NCBI RefSeq assembly: GCF_009914755.1
Contig: NC_060928.1
Direction: 5' to 3' (one strand)
Length of the DNA stretch: 64,000 nucleotides
Source: the human T2T-CHM13v2.0 reference genome, Homo sapiens
In this document: positions 17,535 through 33,653 of the stretch, one piece after another
Layout of the letters: the number at the start of each line of letters is the position of its first letter
How positions within the stretch are numbered: position 1 is the first letter of the stretch
Notes under the pieces: generated by a model
What the model saw: the letters and a program-made list of their open reading frames with translations, nothing else
What the model was told of the DNA's origin: nothing
The model's database searches: none
Program-made: the position numbers and the translations under genes

Positions 17535-18776
17535 TGTATATATAAAGCAAATATTGTCAAGCTTAGCATTTCGTGGTTCCTATGCTAGAGATGCAGAAAT
17601 ATAAATAAAGACATTAACTAAAATGTCCAAAACCGCCATGGTAGTAGATATCAAAACTGGAATGAGAATTGACATTCTAATACTTTGCTATCAAGCTATG
17701 ATGACACAAAATCTATCAATCCATCATCTCTTCACTAAATGACAAAAGTGATCAACACAAAGTGTATATCAAGGGAGGAATGTGGGAAGAGAAAGGGGTA
17801 CATTAATCACTGAGGCAGAACCATCCTGGGCCAAAGAATGGTATTCTTAGTTTTAAAAAAGTTGTCCTTGACTTTGACCATCCTTCTTCTCACTAAGGGT
17901 TTTTAAGATAAGGTGGCCAACTAGAAACAGAAAACTATAGGGGAAAAAGTTAGGAGAAAATCAAGCGGGAGAATAAAGAAGAAAAGACAAACAGGAAAGC
18001 ATAAATAGCAGGTTCACATAAAATTACTTTTGCACTATTTCCTAATTATGAGTTTACTTTAAAAGCTAGTAAGAAAAAATAGTATTATAAGATTTCGTTT
18101 GCACTGTATTTTAACCACTAAATGAGAAACAAAATGGGGAGTTCAATTCAGTAATGGTAAAAATGAGATAATGGACAAAGGTGGGAAAAAAGTTTGTCAT
18201 TTAACTAATCTTTACACAGCTCAAGACATTTTGCACTCTACCAATTTCACATGCACATAGGAAAAAACATATAAAGTCATTAGAAAAGAGCAAGGTAAAC
18301 AGAAATAACAAATATTCAAGGTGTAGTTTCAATCATCGACAAAAGTGAATGAAAAGGAAATACCAAGATAATTACATAGGTGAGACTCCAAATAACTAAT
18401 ACTGCCATTTTACAACCTATGTTTTAGAATAAAAATATTACAAGCTACAGATTTGAGACTACACTAATGAGCTTTAAGGAACCTCATATTATTACAAAGA
18501 AATTAAGTATCCTATCCAACACTACATAGTTAATTAGTGGCAGAACAATGCCTAAATCCTAGTTCTTACAAATCCCAAATCTGTGCTTTCTATCATACAC
18601 TACAGACTGCAAAAACGATTTTACAACTTACGTGTAATTAAATATTTTAAATTCATGCTCTTAAGCATGAATTTAAACATGCTTTAACAAACCAACTCAA
18701 CCCTTAAAAAAAATCCAAGTATTATACAAAGTCCATATTTCAACCATCAAATTGTTAAGTTCAGAAATAATTTTCA

Positions 18777-19107
<331 letters not shown>

Positions 19108-19837
19108 TCATTAAATGCTCATTAAGAAAAACAGCGACAATCCAGTAAGCAATGCTAGGGAACAAAGTGATTACTTTCTTACTTGCTGTATCTACTAGGA
19201 TACAAACAGAAGGTAATTTTTAATGAAACATTATCTTAATATTAAAGAATCTAGGATCTCAAATGAAAAAACTGATTCCTCAAATTTATGTTAGCTGGAT
19301 ATGGAAATCTTCTTTAATCCTAACATATGTCTTCTATTACTGACAATTTCATTCATTCAGCAATTCTTTGGGAGCTTCCTATGTTCCAAGCCTATACCAG
19401 ATGTTGAAATTAAAATAAAACAGAACCTTTTATAAAGAAGTCAATATGTAATATTTGTTTCCCTCAGTAGTCACCAATAATTTCAAAACATTTTTAATGG
19501 TTAAAAGTAATTCTCACAAGTTGTCCAAGAAGAATATAATCCAGAAATTGCTAATGTAACGTCCATAACAAAACAAAAGGTAGTAAAGGTCAGCCTTTAA
19601 CGATTTCTCCTACATGATTGTAATAAGAGAAGTGATACATACAAACCATACAGACCCTTACATAAGAAAATCTCAAGACAGAATCCATAAACATGTAAAA
19701 ATTACATGTAAAATGTGTTATATTTGTATGAATTTATCAAGGTTAGATTCTCAAAGAGTCCATTAGCCCAAAAAAAAAAAAGAACTATTAACTCAAAATA
19801 TAAAGAACAGAACATTTCACCTAATATCCCATTTTTG

Positions 19838-20133
19838 AGCCAGACTAAGTGGCTCATGCCTGTAATCCCAGCAATTGGAGAGGCCAAGGTGGGATGATCA
19901 CTTGAGTCCAGGAGTTTGGAACTCTCCTGCACAATATATAGCAAGACCCCATCTCTACAAAAAAAAATTTTTTTAATGTTAGCCAGGAATGGTGAGGCAC
20001 ACCTGTAGTCCCAGCTAACCTTGGAGGCTGAGGTGAGAGGGTCACTTGGGCCCAGGGGTTTGAGGCTGCAATGCACCATGATCCCACCACTGGACTTCAG
20101 CCTAAACCACAGAGCCAGACGCCGACTCAAAAC
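19838..20133 (+). mobile_element. AluJ
   Basis: Diverged full Alu. Confidence 0.9.
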
Positions 20134-21199
20134 AATTATGTGTGTATTTTATATTTGTTTTATATTATGAAATAGATACACAAATAAACACTCATAATAA
20201 AAAGCCTAAAATGCTATGTGCCAAAACATTGTCTTGCCTCTTGGTGGGGCAAAGATACTGGAGAAGGTTCTCTTTTTATTATTATCATTATTATTATTAT
20301 TATTTACTGTTATATTTTTCTTCTTTTCTTTGCTACAGTATTCTCCAGCTCAAAAATTAATGAATTAAAACACAAAAAGAGCCACTGATCTAAATCAAAT
20401 TTTTCTTAGGTCAGGGTATTTCAGGTTAACCTTCTGGGAAGTACCTGAATTCTATTTTTAAAAGAATTTTTGATTTCATTTATATAATAGTGCCAATAAC
20501 AATAGATTTGGGCATATCTACATTATACATATATAGAAGCATTTCATATGCTTATAGTTCTTATACAAACACAATGAAATAAATTACAAAATAAGTTGAA
20601 GCAGCAGCACAGAATTTATATTTTTTGTGATTGTGTAAAATGAAATATAATTTGTAATAAATTGATAATCACTAGATTGGACTATCATGTAAAAATAGCA
20701 TCAACCAAGCCATGAAAATTGTTAAATTCAGTCTATTTAACAATGATAATTGATAATGACAATTAATGACAAAATTTCTTTTGCATAATAAGAATATGTG
20801 ACTCAAAGTCATTTTTATAGACTAAGATTTCAGTATTTACTTAACACATACAGCAGATTCTATACTACGGAAATGGCTTGTTGTACCGAGTAATGTAATA
20901 ATTGTAATATTGCTGGTTACATAAAAAAATGAATTCACATGAAGTGATGTATCATGTACTACATGAATAAAAATTTGACAGAAGTTTAAAAATAGAAAAG
21001 TAAAGGGAGATTATGGCACAGACTTCAAGTTATTTGCCCAAATCCTCTTCCCCCTTCAATAGTACCAGGGGCTCCTGATTCTTAAGAGCCGGTAACCGTC
21101 TAGAATGAAGTGTATATTTCCCAATTTCATACCATTTTGCTTTTATTAATAAAGCTAATGAAAATCTGGGAAGGAAAAACAATGAATTTAAGTTTTAGA

Positions 21200-23180
21200 C
21201 AAAGTGAATATAAACGGGTAAGAAGACACCTAGGTAAAGAAATATGGCAGATTTTTGAAAATGTGAAACTGGAAATGAGGTCTGCATTATAGTCAGTAAC
21301 ATTAAAGGTGAATCCCACCAAACCTTTAAAAGAGGGTAATTCCAATGCTACCCACCCTGTCTCTGGGCATGAAAAAAGAATGGAAATTGTAAAGTTATTC
21401 ACAAGAGGCAAGTATAACACTGAAGCTAAAACCTCACAAATGACTAAGATTGCATAGAAAGTTAAAACAACCACAACCCAATTTAAGAATAGAACATGAC
21501 AATTACAAACAAAACATTAGCAGATACAATCTGGCAAGATTAAAGAAAAAACTAAGACCAAAATATATTGGCATAATATTGACATATGTAACATCAAAAA
21601 AAGTATACTATGAATATCAACTCCACTGCTCCACTTAAGGATGACAAAATTGAACATTCTTCATTTACAGAAAAACTCCATAAAAAGTACTAAATAAATA
21701 TTTCATTAAAATGATAAAGCATATATATATACTTCGGATCAAAGGCTATGTCATACTTAGTAGGGAAACACTGAAACACCTCTGCTAAAGTCAGGAACAA
21801 GAAAAAGATGCTATTATTTTTTAACATCACACTGGTGATAGAAGTCAATTCAATTAGACAAGGAAACGTAATTACAAGAATTAAAGTTGGTAAGTTGATA
21901 CCAATAAAAGTTGGTAAAACTATCAATATCTGCAGAAGATGTGAGTGCATGCCTGAAAAGCCCAAGAGCATCAAATGAAAACACTCTTTTGAATCAGACG
22001 AGCTGAATCTAATGTTAGATTAACAAGCCAAAGAATTTTGAAAAAAGAAATTCAAAAGGGCAATAAGAAGGAGGAAGAGGAGGAGAAGCAAGAGGAACAT
22101 AGACCTATTAGTATCAAAACACATTGTAAAGACTCAATAATTAAATTGATTAATATGCTAGCTTGACACTAGTATATGAAATCACACACAGACTAATGGG
22201 AAAAAAATCAAACTCGAAATTGACCCCAAACATACAGGCATTTAGTATATAACAGTAGCATCTTAAATGAAAACTTAGACTACCGGGTAGGTGGCATAGG
22301 GAAAACTAGGTAGGCATATAAAATAAATTGAATTAATAACACAATCTGTACTAAGATAAATTCCAAATAAATTAAATATTTAAATTTAAAGCAATAAAAC
22401 TATAGAAATATTAGAAGAAACATATGGGAATTCCTTTATAATCTATGTGTTTCTACCCTTCCAACTACCAAACAGAAATTGAGATCCATGAGAGAAAATA
22501 TCCACACATTTAACAAAAAAAAAAAATTTAACTTCTGTAAGGCAACAAAAAATACCATCATAACTAAACAAACAAACAAATTGGTAAAAAGAAAGAAAAA
22601 ATTCTAACATATATCACAGAGTTGATTCCTTAATACATGCAGAGCTTCTAAAACAAAATCAATAAGAAAAGAGACACAATCAATGGAACAGCTGCAAAGG
22701 ACATGTTCACAGAAAGGGAAATACTAAGGTTCAGAGATCATCAAACTCACTCATAAAAAACCAAAAATGTAGTTTAAAACAACACTGAGAAATACAAATT
22801 AAAACTCTACACTACCATATATAACCTATGCAAGTGACAAAAGTCCAAATATGCTTCATAACACATTCTATAAGGAAACATTCACACTTTGTTGATCAAA
22901 GTATAAAAATTCTTCAGAAAATAATATTAAGTTTAAAAAGCAAAATACAGAACATTATTTATAATATGCTAGCATTCATACAAAGAAAGATAGGAATATG
23001 TATCTCTATTTGAGTGCATATGCATAAAGAAACCCTGAAAAATTCATCTAACAGTGGTTTTCTGTAAGGATAAGGGGTGGAAGGCATCCTGGAAGAGATT
23101 AGAAGGAGATTTTTCACTGTGTGCTTTCTTATAATTTTTTATTTTAAATTACCTATAGAAAAAACTAAATGAATAGATTG
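21200..23180 (+). mobile_element. Old L1M(E) ORF2/3' remnant
   Basis: Degenerate RT-region motifs (CTAAAGTCAGGAACAAGAAAAAGATGC, TTTAACATCACACTGG, ATCTGCAGAAGAT). Confidence 0.65.
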
Positions 23181-24939
23181 AAAAATTTTAAATACTTAAT
23201 ATCTTCTATATAAAAGTTTCAGATAAGGTAGACATGAGATTGTTAAAACAGCACAGAAAAGTTAAAACTACAAAGAAAGTATTCCTGTGAAAGACCTATA
23301 CTTTTAAAAAAGCAAAAGAAATTGGATGAAACTAATAAAAGATTCATGAGAAATAAAAAACCAATCAGAAAAACATCAAGAAAGTCAAGCAAAAAAGGAG
23401 TTTAAAAATGGAAGGGTCTGTCATCAGTGTCAAAAACTGCAGAGACCAAGGAAGATAAGAAATAAAAAAGGACCACTGTATATATAATTAGTAGATCAGT
23501 AATGATATTGAAAAGAACAAGTTTAATCCATTTGTCCTAGAATTGGGGATGAAAAGGAGAGGAGAGAAGCCAAACTATGACACTGAACAGTGGAAGGGGG
23601 TGAGACAATAAAGACCATTCTAGCAAAAAAGTCTGGTAGAATCAAAAAGCAAGAGAGAAAATGGAAGCTTGAGAATTCCAGCAGCATTTAAACAAGGTTA
23701 TCAAGCTCTAGCATATGATAATTAGACAGAGGCATGAATATATAAATAGTGAGAAGCTGCAACATACTTCCAGAAAGGTCATTTAAAATAAAAAAATTTT
23801 CAGTGTATTAAATAATAACTTCATTCAAAATAATACACAATTTGCTAAAGAAAACCAGACATTAGTCAATAAATACAAAAATTACCTATGACATCAAGTA
23901 AAAGAAAATAAGTCCTTTCAATCAAAACTACTCTTAACAATAAGCAGCCTATTTCATACTTAATGAGGGCCTGCAACTGATAGTTCATAATATTCTGGAA
24001 ACAGGTATCAAGGCAAATCTCACAAGTAACAGGCGCATCATCTAAGGATCTTTTTCACATTAAGAATCCTATTAGAAAGAAAACACTAAAAGGTAATTGA
24101 ATTTCCCTCAGTTATCTTCATCTCTGTCAGCTCCTGCTACAATAACTTACTCTCCAGAGCAGAGATAACTCAATTCTGTTCAGCAAGCATATGTTATGAA
24201 TCTCCAAAGCAAACTTGTCTAAATCATTCTGGTCTTCTATCAAGGTTGCCTGTGGATATGAACTCTGACAGAAAGCAAACAAATTTATTTTTATCTTTTC
24301 AATAATTCACTTCTTTATGCCTTGATAGAAGAAATCATGAGATAAATATATGGTCTACAGTTATGTTATAAAGTCGGGCTGAAATGGTTTCCATGACTTA
24401 AATAAAAGACTTAATGAATAATCCTTCTTAAACACAAAGAAAATGGTATCAAAAAATAGAATTGGTAAATTACCTGAAGTTTCAATTTGTTTATACTGTT
24501 GCCAGATCCTTATTATGATCTCACAAATGCTAGTTTGACTATTTCATTTTTGAAGCTTTATAGTAAAACATGTTTTATAAAATGCTAGAAAATTGAATTT
24601 TTAAAAAAGATACCAACAAAATAAATAATAGTTCATATGAGAAAATGCATTTCTTATCGGTATTTTAAGCCAGCTGGCATTTTATAACAGAAAAGAATTA
24701 AAAAGGCTATATAATAGAGACAAAAATTCTATGAGTGTGAGTTTCTTAAGTTGGGGTATACATAGATCATTGCTATTCAGAACAAAAAACAATCCAAATT
24801 CAAATTGTTAATGAATACAACCCTTTCAGTCATAATCCCTTTCCTTTAACACAGGTTAAATTTCTCAAAGATTCTGGCTTGGCTATTCATGACCTTTAAA
24901 TTCTACACTAGTGGTCACAATAATAGCAACAATGATAAT

Positions 24940-25150
24940 CACTAACACACTTCATAATGTGTTTTAACCTACATTATATAATTTTACTCTCCACAATAAA
25001 CCTTTTATTAACGTTTCATTATATCCATTTCATAGAAGGGAAATTAAGACTCAGAGAGGTTCAATGAATTTTATCCAATATTCTCCAGCTAATAAATTGT
25101 GAAGCCTAGAACCCGAACATGTTTTTGGAAACCATGTTCCTTCTATCACA
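24940..25150 (-). mobile_element. MIR
   Basis: CCATTTCATAGAAGGGAAATTAAGACTCAGAGAGGTT core. Confidence 0.7.
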
Positions 25151-25507
25151 TTGTAACACACTGTTTCAAAATTAAGTTACCCTTAAACAGCAGAGAAAAT
25201 GTCAAAAAATGTAGCCAACAATGCGCCTTGAAATTTTGATGTAAAGTGTGCTAACTTGTATTTCATAAATCAAATGGCTTATTTCTTCATTTCAAGCACA
25301 ATCAGTATGTTTTTGGATTGAAGACCTAAAGCAACCCATTGCAGTAATTTGAGACGCTATTATTAACCTATAACTCCTGCTAATAATAGGCTGAAAATAA
25401 TTCTACCTTGGCCTTTCTCATGCATAATCCATTTGTTTCCATAGAGAACCATCCTTACTACTTTTAATCAGGTAAAAAAGAAATCAAATGTGTGGACTGT
25501 AATTAGT

Positions 25508-26370
25508 ACTCATTTATTGAATAATTATTTACTGAGCACCTACTATGTATAGGCAATGTACAAGTCTCTATGGATATGTTATGAATAGACATAGAGTTCT
25601 TACCTTCATGAAGCACACAAAAGAACGAGGCAGGAAATAATCAGGGAATAAAATATATAATTACAAACAATTATTAAGTGCTATGAGATATTATAACAGA
25701 AAGATCTTAGTTAGATTTACATTGGGTGATTGGTGGGGGTAAAGGATGAGAGGCAGAGAAGGCTTCTGTGTAAAAGTGACACTTGAAGGAAAATCTAAAA
25801 GATGAGTAGAAGATGAATAAAAGGGTATTGTGACTAGGAGCAAAGGTAAATGGAGAATGAGGTTTTGTGGTTGATATTAAGGATTGTAGGTTTAACCTAA
25901 GAGCAATGGGAAGGAACTGGATGTTTCTATGCATGAACAACATATACTAAATTTCAGAATGACTACACTGGCTATTCTGCGTAAAAGAAAGAAAATATAG
26001 GTGGGGAAGAAAAATAAGACAAGAGATTACTCCAAATGTTTTGAACTATAGATGTGATGGTTAAGATAACAAAACACAGTATTGATAACAAATGTTTTTG
26101 GAGGCAAAATAAACAGAACTTGATGGTGGACAGACATTAAGTGTGTAGTAAGGGAAAAAATGGGTAATGGGTGATTTATGTAAGCAAGTAAGTAAATGGA
26201 AGTGATATTTCTCAGATGGGAAAAAATGGAGGAGTAGTTAACAGGGGAATATACAGTTTTAGAAAGTCTCTCCCCAAAAGTGGGGCTTCTTATAAGAAAT
26301 TTCAAGTGGCAATTACAAGTATACAGTGGTATCACACAGGTTTGAAGCTCGGAAAAGAAGTCACAAAGAC
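25508..26370 (-). mobile_element. L2 3' fragment
   Basis: TCATTTATTGAATAATTATTTACTGAGCACCTACTATG terminus and L2 body motifs. Confidence 0.75.
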
Positions 26371-27152
26371 AAAAATCAGAAAGTTTTAGATAATAAACAA
26401 ATGCTAACAAAAATAGGGGGAAGAGGTCCTCAGAAATATTGGGTCAAAGTGAAAAAAAAATACTATATTTAATTACCTTAAGATAATTTTCCATTCACAG
26501 AAAAAGGATATATTCTGGCCCAGCTCTTGATTACAGGTAGTAAACATGAGCCAAAGAGACGTACCAAATTCCCTATTTTTCTTCTTTTTCAGATAATTAG
26601 CTAATCTTTATATATTACTTACATGTGAATTACTTTGACCCTAAACAAGGCAGTGAAGAATGAGTGCTTTACCTCCTACAGCTATCTATCTTCATGTACC
26701 AATAACGTGAGGAAAGATGTAGACTCATTAATTAGAAGAAAAAGAGGCCCTTGTTTATTAGAACTACACTTTACGTCTCTGCTTGCAAACTCAACATATC
26801 AGTTCGGTTGGCTAAAGGATACTATTATTCAGGCTAAGTTTACAGTTCTATCTCTGACTGAGAGCTAAATATCCCCCAAAAAGCAAGTTCATGACCACAG
26901 ATTGCACCACTAATTCCCAGGAGCTATCTCATAAATAAGTAACAGACGTATAAAAGAAAGCTACATCAAAAAAAATTTGAAAGTTTCAGTATGAACCCCA
27001 ATGAAAAAAAATTGCCTTACCTGAATATCTTATTAACTAGAGGGCAGTGATATTTGTATGCACAGAGAGAACCTTTTGTGGTTAAAAATCACAGGTTTCA
27101 GGTATAACATAGGAAACATAGTGACACAAAGAAGTCAAATCTAAGAAGTTAA

Positions 27153-27476
<324 letters not shown>

Positions 27477-27984
27477 TAATTTCAAGAGTTGTATTTTTAA
27501 AATAGCATTGTCAGGTATGTCAAAGCAAAGTGCCAAGTTTATTTAGTAAGATTCACTACCTTCTAGAGAATATGTAAGAAACCATCAATAACTATAAATA
27601 ACTATTAAAAAACCCATCAATAACTATAAAGGTACTTATGTCCAGCAGTTGTAAAAATTACTTTTAAACACATTTCTGTGTAACTTCTCCTACCAGAGTA
27701 ATGATAATTGGGACACAAAGTGCCAAAGTAAAAATTATTTGTGCAATGTAAAAAATACAGGAACAGAGGCAATAATATCAATAAAAGACCTTTTAAAATG
27801 CTCAGTATCATCAATGGGTCTCTTCTGAATTCAAAAGTTTACTCACTGATGTTTCCAAGGTTTATGAAGGTACTCATTTAGAAGAGCTCATCATTATATA
27901 ATGACACCCTATCTAGTCCATTTCTTATCATTAAGGAAGAGAAATCATTTTTTACTCAATTCTTCTGGTGCAACTCAAGGACAG

Positions 27985-28200
27985 GCAGTATACTGTAGCG
28001 ATTAAAAGAGCAGAACATAAAGTTTTGAGTTGAAATCACTGAGCAATTTATTAATCAGTCTTTGTCTTTTCTTCATCTGTAAAACAGAGATAATAAATAA
28101 TGCCCACCTGGCTCATGGGTTATTTATTGTAAGGATTAAATGAATCAATGTATACCTGACCCATAAAATGTATGCAATAAATCATAGCTACTATTAATGT
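27985..28200 (+). mobile_element. MIR
   Basis: TTCTTCATCTGTAAAACAGAGATAATA...GTAAGGATTAAATGA. Confidence 0.7.
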
Positions 28201-28742
28201 TATTAGTATCCCCATCCTCAACGTTTGAGTATCCAGTTAGGGCCAGGCCTTGTAAGTAATCCTTAAAGATTTAATGACTACAAATTCCCTAAGTTCTAAG
28301 ATAGTCCAGATACATTAACATGTTGATGACTATATTATAGGAATAAAAAAATAATGTGCTCACAATTGTTTGAACTAATAAAAAACCCTTTAGCTGTCTA
28401 AAGGAATGCCAATGTCCTAATCAAAACATAAAGTGAGGTAAAAGTTTACAATTTTTTCTCCAGAAGTAATATTTTCATGTCATGTTCTCTCCTCAGAAAA
28501 TTCCTTAACTTGTCACCTGACAACCAAATTTCACATTTACTGGCAAGAACGAAGCACCAAAAAAGTTCCTGAATATAGCAAAATATTTACTGCCAAAAAA
28601 TTACGCTACGATTACAATTCTACTGGACAAGACATGTAAAGGAGAGAAAACAGCAACATCCCTAAAAAGCCTTTATCAAAGAATACTACCAAGCTACAAA
28701 ACGGCAAAACCCAAAGAGATTCCTACTTAATAAGCAAAATAA

Positions 28743-29149
<407 letters not shown>

Positions 29150-30459
29150 ACAGTTCTTTATAATTCAATCACAAAATGTTGTTGGTATGATCATCTGTAC
29201 CATAAAGAAATATAATCAATGACATCTCAGTTCATCAGCCATTGTCATACAAGGCACTGTTTGCTACACATAGGTAGAGAAGGAAAGTTGGCATATTACA
29301 TTATTCTGTCCTATGTTCAGGAGGCAACATTCCTTACAATTTTTCCTGTGAAGAGGATTTCAGGAACTCGGAAAAATCACTCAACAAAAGGAAATGACAA
29401 GCAAAAAGTCCAGGAGATTGATTTTCAAACTTTTGGTTTTGGCAGTACTCTTTTTGCCTATGTAACTGTAACGTGGCAAAGTATAATGAAACCTATTCTT
29501 TTAAATTTGTGTTTTAACAATATTTGTCTAATAAGTGAAGTAAATTTTTATGCAAGCCCAAGAATGTAATACAGATAAAATCATGTGGCCTATCCCTGTT
29601 CACAGTATTGCCTGAGATACCGTAAGTGATGATCTAAAGCAATGAGTTTTGAACATATCACTTCTAGTTTGATGAAATTAGGGAGGAGTTAAAGGGATTT
29701 ACAATGCTAACAGTGAAATAGAGACACTTTTATTAAATCGACAAATACAATTATCACATTTTCCCCATATAAAACCAAAGACATGAGGAACAGAAGGATC
29801 TCTGGGTAAATATGAAATAAACTTTGACCATTTGTGGCTGCTGATGGAGATCAGATGAGTGTGCTCCTAACAAAAATATTCAATTAGTTTGTGAGCCAGT
29901 CTGATAGTTTAGAGGTGTGCTATTCAAGAATGGTCGATCAACGTTTCTGATGCAAGTCTAAGTACCACTTCTTTACACTCCACAATGAGATAAGTATAGA
30001 AATTGAGGGAATTTAGAAAGGTTTATAGCAAGTAGACATGGCCACAGCATCCAACCACATAATCAGTGGACTCATCTCAATAAAGTTTATGTCTTACTGA
30101 ATTCCCTTTATGTGGATACTAGTTATGTACAGTACAAATACATTATGTCTAATATTTCAAGAACAGTTTATAATTTGTAACTCAAATGTACTTGTTTATA
30201 TAACATTTTTACAATTATTTTAATGAAAGCTATTATTTTAAATTTATGTTTTAACAGTATTTGATTAATATGGGAAGTAAATTTTTTATTATCTAGTTTT
30301 AACGATGTTTACAATTAGCAAAACAAACTTCACTAGACTTATTTGACAAAAAAGACATGCCTTTTCATAATGTATCAATAGTAGCAAACAAATCATAACT
30401 GAAGTAATTACAAGAAAAGATTCCAATCTAACTAAAATTTTATATCCTAAATTTCAACT

Positions 30460-30680
30460 AATAGGAGGAATGAGTTCAAGAAATCTATTGTACAACATGG
30501 TGACTCTAGTTAATACCAATGTATTGTATTCTTAAAAATTGCTGAGAGTAGATTTCAGTGTTCTCAACACAGAAAAATGATATGTGAGGTAATGCATATG
30601 TTAATTAGCTATGTTTAGCCATAATGTATACACACTTCAGAACATGTTGGTATAATATTTAATTTTTGCTCATTAAAATA
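30460..30680 (+). mobile_element. L1MA-type 3'UTR fragment
   Basis: ATCTATTGTACAACATGGTGACT...AATTGCTGAGAGTAGATTT...GTGAGGTAATGCATATGTTAATTAGC. Confidence 0.8.
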
Positions 30681-30750
30681 TATTTTTTTCCAATAGAATT
30701 TATACCAGTTTTAGTCTAAATTAAGATTGCTAATATAGTGAGTTCAGTTT

Positions 30751-31267
30751 TGAGAAACAAGGCCATCCACATTCACCTAACAAGCAGGGTTAAAAACTGA
30801 GACACCAGAGTCAATATTATTTCACCATTTGTTTCAGGAAATCCTACCCCAGGAAGATAAGATTGCAAAGAACAAATAACTTCACTGTTTGCTTCAGGAA
30901 CACCAATGTATTTGAATAATAAACTGCTTATTTAGACAAACAGTCTCATTTTCAGAACAATAAGTTACTCAGGAAAAAATTTCACTTACCAACTGTTTAC
31001 TAATCAACACCTACATCAGAACCGTTGCCTCACTTTCTCCCAATCCTAAAATCTTCTATGATAAATTTATACCCAACCACAATCAGACCTCGTATTGAAA
31101 GACCTAAGATGTAAACCATTTGAGTTCATACCTAGAAACTCTATAAATACCCACCCCAACCTCTCACCCTGAGATCCTTCTAAGATACTGTCAAGGTTGC
31201 ATTCTCATTTAGTGCAGTATATAATCAACTTAGCTTTGCCAGGCTATTCTGGTGGTGGTCCTGAACA
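30751..31267 (+). mobile_element. ERV1-class solo LTR (MER67-like)
   Basis: TG...CA ends, internal TATAAA at ~31142, CTGTCAAGGT..TTCTC..AACTTAGCTTTGC 3' motif, near-TSD GTTT/GTTG. Confidence 0.55.
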
Positions 31268-31289
31268 GTTGAGAGATGGCAGTAGTTTT

Positions 31290-31860
31290 GTAGCCATAAA
31301 TAATTAAGAATTAAAAAGAAAGTGTGGCTATGTGCAAAGATGTAATAAATAAAATAATAAAAACAAACAGTTTAAATAAAAACTGCAAAGAAAAATGTTC
31401 AAAGTCAAATGAAATATTGAAAAGAATACTGAATAAGCCAACAAAAGCAGACATTTAATATTTCACATAAAAACTACATTGTTTGGTGTACTTATAAAAT
31501 ACCACATCAGGTTGCCAAAATTTAAATATGTATATTTTATTTGTATGTTTTGTGTGTGCACAATTGCCAAGTGTTAGTGAAAGACTACATCATAAGCATT
31601 TTCTTCAAAATGTTGGTGAGTTACAGACACTTGCCAATGAGACCAGAACTGAATGTATTCAGGAACTGATTAATGAACAATTACTAATAGAACCCAAAAA
31701 CTAGCTAAGTACTTTTCATTACAACTTAAAGACTGCATTGATATTGCTAAGAGAACATTTTGTTTTTAAGAATAAGTGATATTTGAACATGATAATATGA
31801 AGGAAAAATCCTTATGTTTTTTAGATGCACTAGTGACAAACACAACTACATTGCTCTGAA
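31290..31860 (+). mobile_element. hAT-Charlie transposase remnant
   Basis: TACTTTTCATTACAACTTAAAGACTGCATTGATATTGCT = YFSLQLKDCIDIA, resembling the Charlie FSLQLDE.TD motif; disrupted frame. Confidence 0.6.
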
Positions 31861-32080
31861 GACCATCCATACACCCAAGAAGAATTATACTGTGAGCAAA
31901 TATGATTTGGAGTCTAACTTTCGTTTAGGAAATGTTCTGATGATATAGCTCGAAACAAACATCGTGTGGTGGTTAAGATTTAAGAAGTGGAACCAGTTTC
32001 CTTCATCAACAAAGCCTTGATAACAACAAAAAAAAAAATCACTTACAGTGTATTAGTGACAACATAAAAATTGCTAATTG

Positions 32081-32305
32081 GGCTGGGCGCAGTGGCTCAT
32101 GCCTGTAATCCCAGCACTTTGGGAGGCCAAGGCAGATGGATCACGAGCTCAGGAGTTCAAGACCAACCTGGCCAAGATGGTGAAACCCCGTCTCTACTAA
32201 AAATACAAAATTTAGCTGGGCGTGGTTGTGGGCACCTGTAATCCCAGCCACTAGTGAGGCTGAGGCAGAGAATTGCTTGAACCAGGCAGGCGGAGGTTTC
32301 AGTGC
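32081..32305 (+). mobile_element. AluS, 3'-truncated right arm
   Basis: Stops after GGAGGTTTCAGTG. Confidence 0.9.
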
Positions 32306-32759
32306 ATAAAAAAAAGAAAATAGGGTAAAAAATAGGTATGACCTTTGCATTACCTTCGCAACTTGTTTTACATCTATAGTTATTTCAAATTAGTCAAAAA
32401 CAAAAAGCAAAATCCAACGAAGATAAACAGATGTTCAAGCTAAACAATAAATGACTTTCACTCTTTACATTTTTTATTTTCTAAATTTTCTATATTAAAA
32501 AATACTTCATTTTTATAATTAGAAAAATAAACACGTTTAAATTTAAAAATCGATCAATGAGGAGAAAAGCAGCTACTTAAGAGGAAAATTGAATAATTTC
32601 TCATGATTAGCTCTAAAATTGGTATATACAGTACCCTAAAATACATAACACTAAAATATGTAATTGTTAAAATGTTTCACATTCCTTTAGAACTGTCAAG
32701 AATATGTTCAATAATAGAATATATTATTACAATAGCAAAACACTGCCATGAAGTCGACA

Positions 32760-33190
32760 GAGGCTATGGGGACAGACTGTACTGGGTTATTGTTATGAAA
32801 CCTGGGTTCTAATTCAGAATCATGGATTTAATTGTTCTGTGATCAAAGCTAAATCACATTCTCTCAATCTACCTTGCATACATACATCAAAGATGTGTTG
32901 TGGTACTGAAATGAGACAATGTGTACTAAATCACTTAATAGATGACGTTAGGCCACATAGCAAAGAGATCACCAGTTTATACTGGGTATCAGACTACCCT
33001 GGTTCAAGTCCAAGCTTCATCATATACTAGCTATATGACCTAAAACAAACCACTGAGCCTCGCTGTAGTTTTCTTATCTGTAAAATTGGGCTGAAGATAA
33101 TAACATTTACCTCAAAGGACTGTTATGATAATTTATTTTATATTTGTTAAGAATTCAGAAAAACAAGTGGTACTATAGAAGTGTTTATTT
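32760..33190 (+). mobile_element. MIR fragments
   Basis: CCTGGTTCAAGTCCAAGCTTC...TTTTCTTATCTGTAAAATTGGG. Confidence 0.65.
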
Positions 33191-33307
33191 TTAAAAATTT
33201 ATAAGTACTCACAAAAATGTTCACTATTTTAATAAAAATATTTTGCTTGCTAATTGGAAAAAAATCTTTGAATTCTTCACCTAAAAAATATATAGATTGC
33301 TATATTT

Positions 33308-33653
<346 letters not shown>

